Source: Candidatus Levyibacteriota bacterium (GTDB lineage: Bacteria > Patescibacteriota > Microgenomatia > Levybacterales > GWA1-39-11). Taken from it: DNA of 64,000 nucleotides. This document shows positions 1-9,023 of the stretch, one piece after another (the stretch's first letter is position 1; the number at the start of each line of letters is the position of its first letter). The position numbers and the translations under genes are program-made. The stretch is taken from positions 2,394-66,393 of the forward strand of contig DAIQMY010000002.1 of assembly GCA_036788695.1 (NCBI GenBank), written 5' to 3'. The notes below the pieces were generated by a model. The model was given only the letters and a program-made list of their open reading frames with translations, was not told the DNA's origin and did no database searches.

Positions 1-363
1 ACCACATGGAGTTTTCTTTTCGACTCGTATGGGAGAAAAACCTATGGATACATGCCATTTTATTGGGGATATCCTCAGAATGGTCAGTTTGGTGAAAATG
101 TGGTCTACAGTAAAGACTTTAAGGGATCGCAGGGTCTGATATTTTTAATTCATGAACCAAGTGACGGAATTCCTGACTTTTATAAAAACGGTATTATAAA
201 GTTTGAAAACACCAGGTCTAAAGTTATTAAGACAAAAAAATTTGGTGAATTTAACGTAGAAAAGAGAGTTATCACAGCGGATAAGCCATTTCTAAAAGAG
301 GAAATAGATGAAAGTATTAAAAATAATGACTTACGGGATGTTAAATTAGAAGGATTAGAATAA
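1..363 (+). CDS. Hypothetical protein, 5'-truncated (C-terminal fragment; the frame is open back to the window start)
   Basis: ORF 52..363 has no in-frame stop upstream back to nt 1. It encodes a hydrophilic Lys/Glu-rich tail, and I recognise no motif. Confidence 0.35.
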   Translation, partial: TTWSFLFDSYGRKTYGYMPFYWGYPQNGQFGENVVYSKDFKGSQGLIFLIHEPSDGIPDFYKNGIIKFENTRSKVIKTKKFGEFNVEKRVITADKPFLKEEIDESIKNNDLRDVKLEGLE

Positions 364-424
364 AGCACAACTTAAATCAGAACTTTTTGCTGATGATAGA
401 TTACTCGAATCTTTATTTTCTTCC

Positions 425-433
425 TGATATAAT
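425..433 (+). promoter_or_regulatory. Extended -10 element TGaTATAAT placed 7 nt before the ATG at 440, which would give a leaderless or near-leaderless transcript
   Basis: TG at 425-426 and TATAAT at 428-433. No SD fits between the -10 and the start codon at 440. Confidence 0.35.
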
Positions 434-439
434 ATTTAT

Positions 440-1186
440 ATGAAGATATCTGTTGTGATTCCCTCATACAATGAGATGGCAAACCTTCAAAAAGGAACAC
501 TTGAGAAGGTAGAGCGGTATATGGAGAGACGTAAGTTTCACTATGAAGTATTGGTGGTGGATGATGGATCGACAGACGGAAGCTTAGAGTTTGTAAAGGA
601 ATTTACCAATGAAAATCGTCAATTCAAATTAATTGAAAATTCGCATACAGGAAAAGCAGGAGCAGTTACCGCAGGAATGTTGAGAGCATCAGGAGACTTG
701 ATACTTTTTACTGATATGGATCAGGCAACTCCTATAACAGAACTTGAAAAGCTTATCCCATTTACAGAAAAGGGGTATGATATAGTAATAGGTTCCAGAA
801 GCACAACCAGAAGAGGCGCTCCGTTTACAAGAAAAATAATGAGTCAGGGAATGATTACCTTGAGATCACTTTTAGTAGGATTACCACAAATCCATGATAC
901 TCAGTGTGGGTTTAAGCTTTTCAAAAAAAAGCCGAGCGATAAGGTTTTTGAAAAAATAAAGAAAATCCATAAAGGATTTAAGTCAATTCATGGCTCGTCA
1001 GTTACGGCAGGGTTTGATGTTGAATTGTTATATATTGCGGAAAAATTTGGCTATAAAATAAAAGAAGTGCCAGTAGACTGGTTATACGTTGAGACCAGGC
1101 GGGTAAACCCAATATTTGATTCCATAGATGGGCTTATGGATTTAATAAGAATTAGACAAAACATCTTCAAGCGTGTGTATGATTAA
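440..1186 (+). CDS. GT2 polyprenyl-phosphate sugar synthase, DPM1/GtrB/CsbB-like
   Basis: N-terminus 'ISVVIPSYNE...VLVVDDGSTDGS...LFTDMDQATP'. The Rossmann GT-A fold carries a DxD motif ('TDMD'). The 248-aa length fits a soluble DPM1-like synthase. Confidence 0.85.
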   Translation: MKISVVIPSYNEMANLQKGTLEKVERYMERRKFHYEVLVVDDGSTDGSLEFVKEFTNENRQFKLIENSHTGKAGAVTAGMLRASGDLILFTDMDQATPITELEKLIPFTEKGYDIVIGSRSTTRRGAPFTRKIMSQGMITLRSLLVGLPQIHDTQCGFKLFKKKPSDKVFEKIKKIHKGFKSIHGSSVTAGFDVELLYIAEKFGYKIKEVPVDWLYVETRRVNPIFDSIDGLMDLIRIRQNIFKRVYD

Positions 1187-2348
1187 AAAAATTACAATCT
1201 TTCTTTGGATTTTTGCATGTATTTCACTATTTCTTTACTCATTTGTGCAAGTTGATTTGGGTCTTACCTTAAATCGTGCATCATTTGTCCAAACAATTCA
1301 AAAGTCATTTCAATATATTGGGTATTTCAATAGGCCATTGTCTACGTATTTATTCACATCCGTAATAGTCTTTTTATGTGCGACTTATTGTTTTACTTTA
1401 TATGGAGTTTACAGAAAATGGCTATCCGGTAAAATAATTTGGACAATCGTGGTTTGTGCAAGCATCATACTTCTATTTTCCTATAATGCTTTTTCATATG
1501 ACTTATTCAACTATATATTTGACGCAAAAATAATAACTCAATATGGGCAAAGTCCATATGAGCATAAAGCACTTGATTATCCTTCTGATCCCATGCTTGG
1601 CTTCATGCATTGGACCCATAGAACTTATCCGTATGGTCCGTTATGGCTTGTATTCACGACACCTTTATCATTTTTGGGTGGTGGATATTTTTTGCCAACA
1701 TTTTATTTATTTAAACTCCTCATGGTTGGAGGATATCTTCTCTGTTCAGTCATGATTTATAAGATCGCAAATAAAACTAAATTAGTAAACCCCATTTTTG
1801 CGTTATCCTTTTTTGCCTTAAACCCATTTGTTATAGTTGAATCACTTGTTTCAGCTCACAATGATATTGTAATGATGGGACTTGTTATGGTGAGTACTTA
1901 CCTTTTAATAAGTAAACATGCGGTTAAAGGTTTTCTATTTTTTGTTCTTTCAGTTCTTGTTAAATTTGCGACAATTTTGCTTATACCGTTATTTTTATGG
2001 TACCCAATTTCAAAACAGAAAAACAAAGATTTTATTTTTTTCCTAGGCTCTGTTGCTCTTATGATGGTCGGAGTATATCTTGCATCATCCAGAACTACAT
2101 TTCAGCCGTGGTATTTTCTTCTTGTGCTTCCTTTTGCGTCAATCATATCAAATAGATATTTTGTTTTTATTCCTGTGGTAATCTTTTCATTTCTCATATT
2201 ATTTCAATACGTTCCGTATTTTTATACAGGGAATTATGATCCTCCAGTGCCGGTTATCATGAATCAAATGCTTGGGTGGAGTATAGGTTTATCTATTGGT
2301 GCAACTCTTATATTCCGATTTTTTAAGAAATTTAAAAAAGTAATATGA
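1179..2348 (+). CDS. Polytopic GT-C-fold glycosyltransferase, GT87/DUF2029-like (paralog of 45513..46616)
   Basis: About 10 predicted TM helices. An early loop 'YDLFNYIFDA' is a D-x-x-NY motif, and 'AHNDIVMMGLV' is shared with its paralog ('GHNDVVMMFFV'). The likely start is ATG 1179, because the ATGATTAA overlaps the upstream stop. The ORF track gives GTG 1173. Confidence 0.55.
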   Translation: MIKKITIFLWIFACISLFLYSFVQVDLGLTLNRASFVQTIQKSFQYIGYFNRPLSTYLFTSVIVFLCATYCFTLYGVYRKWLSGKIIWTIVVCASIILLFSYNAFSYDLFNYIFDAKIITQYGQSPYEHKALDYPSDPMLGFMHWTHRTYPYGPLWLVFTTPLSFLGGGYFLPTFYLFKLLMVGGYLLCSVMIYKIANKTKLVNPIFALSFFALNPFVIVESLVSAHNDIVMMGLVMVSTYLLISKHAVKGFLFFVLSVLVKFATILLIPLFLWYPISKQKNKDFIFFLGSVALMMVGVYLASSRTTFQPWYFLLVLPFASIISNRYFVFIPVVIFSFLILFQYVPYFYTGNYDPPVPVIMNQMLGWSIGLSIGATLIFRFFKKFKKVI

Positions 2349-3472
2349 GAAATTTAAGAAACTTTTTTTTTCTATTACTTGTAATTATTTTTTTTGGAAA
2401 TCTGTTTTTCCGGGTTTCTTCATATCAAAAAGAATACACAACTCACTTTAACGCTGAATACTGGAGGGATAGATATTATGCTTCCCAGTGGGTGGTATCA
2501 AATTCTAAAAATCCAATTGGAGATGATGGGCTCTATGCGTATGTGGGGTGGGAGTATATTCACGGTGCAAATCCAACATTACTAAATGCTGAAATACCGC
2601 CCTTGGGGAAGTATATTATAGGAGCAGGGGAAGTAGTATTTGGAAACCAAAATATTCTTATTTTGATAATTGGAGTTTTGTGTCTTCTCGTTTTTTATCT
2701 GGTTAATGTGCGTCTCTTTAAAGATAAGCTGATCGCCTTTATTCCTGTGGTAATTTTTTCTTTTGATCCGATTTTTTATACGCAATTAAGAGCACCATAC
2801 CTTGATACAATATATTTGCTTTTTTTACTTTTAACTATCCTTTTTACTTTACACAAAAAATATTTTTTTGCAGCTTTCTTTTTGGGATGCTTTGCTTCCG
2901 TAAAGTTTCCCGCAGCATCAATTTTTTTGGTGGCACCTATGATGTTATGGGTTGCTATTTGGGATAGAAAGAATATGAAGAGATTTCTTGCGAGCTTAAT
3001 TTTGTGGCCAACAACGTTTATTCTATTTTATTTTCAATTTTTCCTACTGGGCGGAACACCTTATGCATTCTTAGGCGTTCAGAAATGGATAATCTCTTTT
3101 TATAGCATGGGCGCAAAGGCATCATATGGAATTGTTTATCCCATGATTTTATTTAACTCATGGAGTACCTGGTTTTCAGGAGTACAAAAAGTTTCCGAGT
3201 GGACACTCATCTGGCCGGTCAGTTTTATAGGTTCAGTATTTTCTGCAATTCCATTGCTGCGGATCGTATATGCGCATGTTTTCTTACATAAGAAAAAAGA
3301 AGTAGTGCCAGAAGACTATACTATGACACTTATTTTGTTTTGGGTGTTGTCTTATATGGTATTCTTGACAGTAACTCCAGTTTTCCCGCGATATCTGTTG
3401 CTTTTGCTTCCATTTATGTATAATCTAACAGTATGGTTTTTGGTAAAATACGTCTTTCGACAATCCTCATAA
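2345..3472 (+). CDS. Short PMT/GT39-like membrane glycosyltransferase (about 375 aa) with an 'HPPLGKY' motif; paralog of 19790..20929
   Basis: 'NAEIPPLGKYIIGAG' resembles the HPPLGK loop of protein O-mannosyltransferases. The protein is polytopic and overlaps the upstream stop in ATGA fashion. Confidence 0.5.
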   Translation: MRNLRNFFFLLLVIIFFGNLFFRVSSYQKEYTTHFNAEYWRDRYYASQWVVSNSKNPIGDDGLYAYVGWEYIHGANPTLLNAEIPPLGKYIIGAGEVVFGNQNILILIIGVLCLLVFYLVNVRLFKDKLIAFIPVVIFSFDPIFYTQLRAPYLDTIYLLFLLLTILFTLHKKYFFAAFFLGCFASVKFPAASIFLVAPMMLWVAIWDRKNMKRFLASLILWPTTFILFYFQFFLLGGTPYAFLGVQKWIISFYSMGAKASYGIVYPMILFNSWSTWFSGVQKVSEWTLIWPVSFIGSVFSAIPLLRIVYAHVFLHKKKEVVPEDYTMTLILFWVLSYMVFLTVTPVFPRYLLLLLPFMYNLTVWFLVKYVFRQSS

Positions 3473-4980
3473 TAATTCTTGTTGTTTCCCTCTACTTTGC
3501 GACACGCTTAATAAATATAATGGGTCTTCCGCTCTTCACAGACGAAGCAATCTATGTTAGATGGTCGCAAATAGCTCATCAAGACGCAGCATGGAGATTT
3601 ATTTCCTTAACTGATGGAAAACAGCCATTGTTTATTTGGATTGCAATGAATATCATGCGCAGGGTTACAGATCCTCTACTTGCGGCGAGACTTGTTTCTG
3701 TTTTTGCAGGCTTTGCGACTCTTATTGGTATAACTCTTTTAACGCTTGAGATTTTTAAGAAGAAAAGGAATGGGGGAATAATAAATCAAATATTTGGTCA
3801 TTTGCTTGAGAATAAGCGTGTGGGACTTATTGTGGCTATACTCTATGTTCTGTATCCCTTTGCTCTTGTGTATGACCGGATGGCACTTTATGACTCATTG
3901 GTTGCGTGCGTAATGGTGTGGGCGTTATTTATTGAGGTGCTCCTTGTTAGATATGTACGGCTTGATTTGGCCCTGATATTGGGAGTAGTTATGGGGAGTG
4001 CAGTTTTGACAAAAACGTCAGGTTTCTTTTCTTTGTATCTTCTTCCTTTCTCGCTTCTCATTTTTGATTTTAAAAAAACAGGTTGGAGAAAAAAAATAGT
4101 AGAGTGGATGATTTATGCAATAATCGCAGGTGCAGTTGCGTACCTTATATATATGGTGCTTCGTCTTTCCCCCTTTTTCTATATAGTTGACGAAAAAAAT
4201 GCATTATTTGTATACCCCTTTAAGGAATGGATTAAACATCCTTTTACATATGCTCTTGGGAACTTTAAGGGGCTTACTGATTGGTTATTAGCATACATTT
4301 CACTTCCCATCTTATTTCTTTTTTTCTTGTCTTTCTTTTTGGGAAAGAAATACTTTATGGAAAAATTACTTCTGCTTGCATGGTTTGCAATTCCATTTAT
4401 AGCACTAGGTGTTTTTGGCAAGCTAGTTTATCCTAGATTTATTTTATTCATGACAATGCCAATACTTGTTTTGTCTGCATATTCTATAAATTTTTTGTTT
4501 GAAAAAATAAAAAATAAATTATTCTTTTTTGCATTTTTTACAGCAGTAGTATCATTTTTTGCTTACTCAGATTATTTTATTATTACTGACTTGTCCCGTG
4601 CACCTATTGCAAGTCCAGATCTTGGACAATATATTAATTCGTGGCCAGCCGGAGGAGGAGTTAAAGAGATGGTATCTTTTTTTGATCAAGAATCCAAGAA
4701 AGGGAAAATCTATGTTGCGACTCAGGGAACGTTTGGAAGTCTGCCAACCTACGCGCTTGAAATTTATCTGAATGAAAACAAAAATATTGAAAAGAGGGGA
4801 ATCTACCCGCTTCCCTCAGATTTACCAAGAGATCTGAAGGAGAAAGCATCAAAAATGAATGTATATTTTGTTTTTAATGATTCGGAAGATGCGCCGCCTT
4901 TGTGGCCGTTGACGCTTGTTGCAAAATATCAAAAAGGAATTGGTGATAGACACATGAGTATTTATAAAGTAAATCCGTGA
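3433..4980 (+). CDS. ArnT/GT83-like (PMT_2 superfamily) GT-C glycosyltransferase
   Basis: The loop 'LPLFTDEAIYVRWSQ' after TM1 is a DE-A-xY acid motif, as in ArnT/PMT. It is a 515-aa polytopic protein. Confidence 0.55.
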   Translation: MVFGKIRLSTILIIILVVSLYFATRLINIMGLPLFTDEAIYVRWSQIAHQDAAWRFISLTDGKQPLFIWIAMNIMRRVTDPLLAARLVSVFAGFATLIGITLLTLEIFKKKRNGGIINQIFGHLLENKRVGLIVAILYVLYPFALVYDRMALYDSLVACVMVWALFIEVLLVRYVRLDLALILGVVMGSAVLTKTSGFFSLYLLPFSLLIFDFKKTGWRKKIVEWMIYAIIAGAVAYLIYMVLRLSPFFYIVDEKNALFVYPFKEWIKHPFTYALGNFKGLTDWLLAYISLPILFLFFLSFFLGKKYFMEKLLLLAWFAIPFIALGVFGKLVYPRFILFMTMPILVLSAYSINFLFEKIKNKLFFFAFFTAVVSFFAYSDYFIITDLSRAPIASPDLGQYINSWPAGGGVKEMVSFFDQESKKGKIYVATQGTFGSLPTYALEIYLNENKNIEKRGIYPLPSDLPRDLKEKASKMNVYFVFNDSEDAPPLWPLTLVAKYQKGIGDRHMSIYKVNP

Positions 4981-7325
4981 GTAAGACTATTAAGAAATTA
5001 TTTATTCCGTGTATTTTGGTCATTATACCTCTGCTGTTTTTTTATAAAACAGTTGTATTTCAAAAAGTACCCTTTCCAGGAGATTTATTAGTTGGGAATT
5101 ATGAGCCCTATAAGTCAAACCCTAGTATAGGTGTAGCTCCGCATAAAGGACAAGGGGCAGATGTTGTGCGGGAACTCTATCCATGGAAGTTTTATACAAT
5201 TGATAGTTTAAAAAGTGGATTCTTTCCTCTCTGGAATCCTTATACTTTCTCAGGTAATCCTCACTTTGCCAATCTTCAATCAGGGGTATTATATCCGGTA
5301 AACATTCTATTTTTTATTCTTCCATATGTTCCTGCATGGACAATTTATATTATCCTACAGTTTGTGTTTCTAATGTTTTTCACATATTTATTTTTAAGAC
5401 AGATTAATCTATCAAAGGTAGCAAGTCTATTTGGATCAATTGCCTTTTCCTTTTCAGGGTTTATCACAGTTTGGGCCTGGTACGGAAATCTTGGTCATGC
5501 GTTGGCATTTCTTCCGCTCGTTTTTTATCTTATTGAAAAGATTTATAAACAACCCAAATGGTATTTATTCCCTTTTTTAATATGCGCATTAGTGTTTTCT
5601 ATCTTTGCAGGATACATACAGTATGTTATGTATATATATCTACTTTCATTTGCATATATATTTACACGATCCATTACGCAAAAGAAAAAAAGCTTAAAGC
5701 TTTTACTACTACTTATTTCCTGCTTTGTGATGGCAGGGCTACTTGGTGCAGTGCAACTTTTCCCGGTATTTGAGTTAGTAAATAACTCACTTCGCTCAAC
5801 ATATTCCTATCAGGTGTTACTTGAGAGGTTAATGCCTCCAGAGAGTATGATTACGTTGCTTGTACCTGATTTTTTTGGAAATCCCGCAACCATGAATTAT
5901 TTTCTTCGTGGTGGATCAAGTCTTGAGCGGGCAAGTTCTATTGGGGTTTGGCCACTTTTTTTTGTAGTGGTTGCGCTGTTTAGTAAAAAAACATTTTTTA
6001 GAAATTACTTTGCAATATCAGCACTGGTGATTTATATATCCGTTTTATCAATTCTTCCCATAGCATATTTTCACAGCATTGGGATCCCTTTTTTATCAAC
6101 AGGAATTCCAACACGGGCATTGTCTATTTTCTGTTTTTGTATGGCAGTTTTAAGTGCAATAGGTATGAATTCTTTTGTGAGGAATGAAGTGAGTAAAAAA
6201 ACGGTCGTTAAAATACTTATAGTTTTTATGAGTGTATTTGTTGGATTGTGGACTGTAACGTTTGTAAATCAGGACCCACATATGCTTATCTCAAGGAGAA
6301 ATTTAATTATTCCCACCCTCATTTTTACGATAGGAGCTTTCACACTCATGCTAAAGTTTAAAAAAAATAAACTTGCAGCATTCATTATCTTATTAACACT
6401 TGCAGAACTATTTTATTACTTTCAAAAATTTAATTCGTTTGTCCCCGTATCATATGTATATCCCTCATCGCAAATAACTGAAAAACTAAGATCTATACAA
6501 GGTATAGATAGGTTTTGGGGATATGGAAGTGCAAATATTGACTCAAATTTTCAATTGATTGAAAAAAACTATACAACTGCTGGGTATGATGCAATTTTTA
6601 GTAAAAGATATGGTGAATTTACCGCCGCCTCACATAACGGGAAAATCCCTCTGGAGGTACCGCGTTCTGTAGCAGATATTGTGGGAGGGTATGGGGTAAA
6701 TGACTTAAAGCAAAATCCTTATAGGCAGCGTGCACTAGATATAGCAGGGGTAAAATATGTCCTAAACAAAAAGGAAGATAAGGGGTTGGATAGCGCATTT
6801 GATACAAGAACGTATGATTTGATTTGGGAGGATGGCGGGTGGCAGATATACCTTAATAAAAACGTAGTGCCTAGGGTTATGCTAGTTGGTGACTATAAAA
6901 TAATAAAAAATAAAGAGGAGATAATAAAAAATCTGTATAATTTAAGGCTAAATCCTAGAGAGACTATTACCCTCGAAGAAAAATTACCGGGAAAAAGTAT
7001 AAAAACAGATGTAAGTGCAAAAGTTAGCGTAGAGAAATATAGTCCTAATAATATAATATTAAAAACCGAATCCAAAGAAGATCAAATAGTATATATTTCT
7101 GATAATTATTTTCCGGGTTGGCATGCAATTGTTGACGGAGTAGAGAAAAAGATATATCGGGCTAACTATACATTTAGAGCCATACCGGTTGAAGCAGGAA
7201 GGCATACAGTTTACTTATACTATTTCCCTGAATCATTAAAACTTGGTCTTATTGTAAGTATTTTTTCGTTTCTGTGTTTGATATTAATATGTCTCTTTGT
7301 TACGATAACTAAACAAAAACGGTAG
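4977..7325 (+). CDS. YfhO-family GT-C glycosyltransferase (paralog E1 of 3)
   Basis: N-terminus 'FPGDLLVGNYEPYKSN...WNPYTFSGNPHFANLQSGVLYP'. The 782 aa comprise a polytopic core, a C-terminal 'YFPGWHAIVDG...GRHTVYLYYFP' module and a final TM helix. The GTG start overlaps the upstream TGA as GTGA. Confidence 0.7.
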   Translation: MSKTIKKLFIPCILVIIPLLFFYKTVVFQKVPFPGDLLVGNYEPYKSNPSIGVAPHKGQGADVVRELYPWKFYTIDSLKSGFFPLWNPYTFSGNPHFANLQSGVLYPVNILFFILPYVPAWTIYIILQFVFLMFFTYLFLRQINLSKVASLFGSIAFSFSGFITVWAWYGNLGHALAFLPLVFYLIEKIYKQPKWYLFPFLICALVFSIFAGYIQYVMYIYLLSFAYIFTRSITQKKKSLKLLLLLISCFVMAGLLGAVQLFPVFELVNNSLRSTYSYQVLLERLMPPESMITLLVPDFFGNPATMNYFLRGGSSLERASSIGVWPLFFVVVALFSKKTFFRNYFAISALVIYISVLSILPIAYFHSIGIPFLSTGIPTRALSIFCFCMAVLSAIGMNSFVRNEVSKKTVVKILIVFMSVFVGLWTVTFVNQDPHMLISRRNLIIPTLIFTIGAFTLMLKFKKNKLAAFIILLTLAELFYYFQKFNSFVPVSYVYPSSQITEKLRSIQGIDRFWGYGSANIDSNFQLIEKNYTTAGYDAIFSKRYGEFTAASHNGKIPLEVPRSVADIVGGYGVNDLKQNPYRQRALDIAGVKYVLNKKEDKGLDSAFDTRTYDLIWEDGGWQIYLNKNVVPRVMLVGDYKIIKNKEEIIKNLYNLRLNPRETITLEEKLPGKSIKTDVSAKVSVEKYSPNNIILKTESKEDQIVYISDNYFPGWHAIVDGVEKKIYRANYTFRAIPVEAGRHTVYLYYFPESLKLGLIVSIFSFLCLILICLFVTITKQKR

Positions 7326-7335
7326 AAAAGAAAAA

Positions 7336-9012
7336 ATGAAAATATTAAAAAAGAATTGGATTACATTAACTATTCTTATAGGAATATTTCTATGTGCACT
7401 TTTAGTAAGGTTAATAAATCTTTCAGAATTTCCAGTTGGGTTCCAGATCGACGAAGCATCATTGGGATATAACTCATATTCTCTCTTTATGACGGGAAGA
7501 TCTGAAAGCGGAGATCTGCTACCGTTATATGTTAATACTTTTGGTGACTATAATCCTATTGGCTATGACTATCTTGCAATTCCCTCAATCGCAATTTTTG
7601 GTTTAACTGAATTTGCCACAAGGCTTCCAGCCGCAATTTTTGGTTCAATTTCTATTTTTTCAATGTATTATTTAGCGTACGTTTTATTTAAAAATAAAAA
7701 AATAAGTCTGTTATCTGCTTTTTTAATAGCATTGTCCCCATGGCATATTGGATTATCTAGGGGTAGCGCAGAGACATTGGTGGCGTTATTTTTTGTTATA
7801 ACTGGTTTTGCTTTTATTCTGTCTTTTTTTAATAGATATAAAAAAAGTAATTTGATAATAGGAGTATTTCTTTTAGTAATAAGTTTTCTTATATATCCAG
7901 CACCCAGAATTTTTGTTCCAGTACTGTTTGTTGCTGTAGCAGTTTACTACTTTAAGTCATGGTATCTGAAGAAAAAATATGTATTTACTTTAAGTCTAGG
8001 TTTTTTAATTCTAATTATTTCATTATCTTTCCTCATATTTACAATTCCCGGTGGAACCGCGCGCTTTAAACAAACAAGTATATTTAATTTCCCAGAGACA
8101 AGGTTACTTCTTGAAGAGCAAATTCGTGAGGATGGAGTGAATGGAACAAATAACCTGTTTACGAGAGCCTACCACAATAAAATTATTAATTTCTCACTTA
8201 CATTTGTCTCAAACTATATGGAATATTTTAATGGTTCATACCTCTTTATTAAGGGTGGTCAGCCTCTCCTATTTTCGATTCCAAGCGTAGGGCTTGTATA
8301 TCTTATAGAGCTGCCGTTTCTGATAATAGGTATCTATGTACTCATTAAATCAAAGGAGAAAAATAGTAAGATACCATTAATATGGTTGATTATTGCGCCA
8401 ATTGTTGCTGCCGCAACGGTAGACGACACCCCAAACATAAGAAGATCTTTGTTGATGGTTCCTGCAATAGAAATAATAGTATCAGTAGGGATAATATCTT
8501 TTTTTAATTATCTAAAGAATCATGGTCATACATTTAATGCAACAAAGATTAAATATATTATTACGTGTTTTTTAATAGTGTGTTTTATTGGGAATGTAAT
8601 GTATTTTTTCCATCAATATTTTATTCATGCTAAGCACCATAGAACGTGGTATAGAAATAATGGATTTTCTGAAATGATGGAAATAGTAAATGAGAAGTAT
8701 GAAGACTTTGATAAGATAGTTGCGACAAAGTCTGGTGGGGGCTATCCGCTATTCCTGTTTTTTAGTAAATACAATCCAAGAGTCTACCAAATGGAAGGTT
8801 CACCAAAGGATGTGGACTATAAGGGGTTTGGTAAATATATTTTTGTTCCTAGTGAATACCCATCAATTGACGCGAGTACAAATATGAAAACTGAAACAAG
8901 TACTTTATATATAGACCGGGGTACTTGTAGTCGGCCATCTTTAGAATCGGGAAGAAAATATAAAGAAATATATAGGGAGGATGGGTCACTAGGTTTTAGA
9001 GTTGTATATTGA
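7336..9012 (+). CDS. PMT_2/GT39-like phospholipid-carrier-dependent GT-C glycosyltransferase (paralog F1 of 6)
   Basis: 'FQIDEASLGYNSYSLFMTGRSESGDLLPLY' is the family motif D-E-A-x-x-G-Y-N-(A/S)-Y-S, shared by all six F paralogs. Confidence 0.7.
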   Translation: MKILKKNWITLTILIGIFLCALLVRLINLSEFPVGFQIDEASLGYNSYSLFMTGRSESGDLLPLYVNTFGDYNPIGYDYLAIPSIAIFGLTEFATRLPAAIFGSISIFSMYYLAYVLFKNKKISLLSAFLIALSPWHIGLSRGSAETLVALFFVITGFAFILSFFNRYKKSNLIIGVFLLVISFLIYPAPRIFVPVLFVAVAVYYFKSWYLKKKYVFTLSLGFLILIISLSFLIFTIPGGTARFKQTSIFNFPETRLLLEEQIREDGVNGTNNLFTRAYHNKIINFSLTFVSNYMEYFNGSYLFIKGGQPLLFSIPSVGLVYLIELPFLIIGIYVLIKSKEKNSKIPLIWLIIAPIVAAATVDDTPNIRRSLLMVPAIEIIVSVGIISFFNYLKNHGHTFNATKIKYIITCFLIVCFIGNVMYFFHQYFIHAKHHRTWYRNNGFSEMMEIVNEKYEDFDKIVATKSGGGYPLFLFFSKYNPRVYQMEGSPKDVDYKGFGKYIFVPSEYPSIDASTNMKTETSTLYIDRGTCSRPSLESGRKYKEIYREDGSLGFRVVY

Positions 9013-9023
9013 GGTATTTGCAT

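Noticed and set aside
180-368. Many short (60-125 aa) ORFs antisense to, or out of frame within, the large + strand genes. Examples are 180..368-, 2582..2785-, 4179..4421-, 11338..11700-, 15792..16169-, 21963..22253-, 38363..38599- and 61394..61809-.
   Set aside because: They lie entirely inside well-supported long ORFs with clear family motifs. Their proteins are low-complexity Lys/Asn/Ile-rich products, typical of AT-rich antisense frames. No independent start or SD context is visible.
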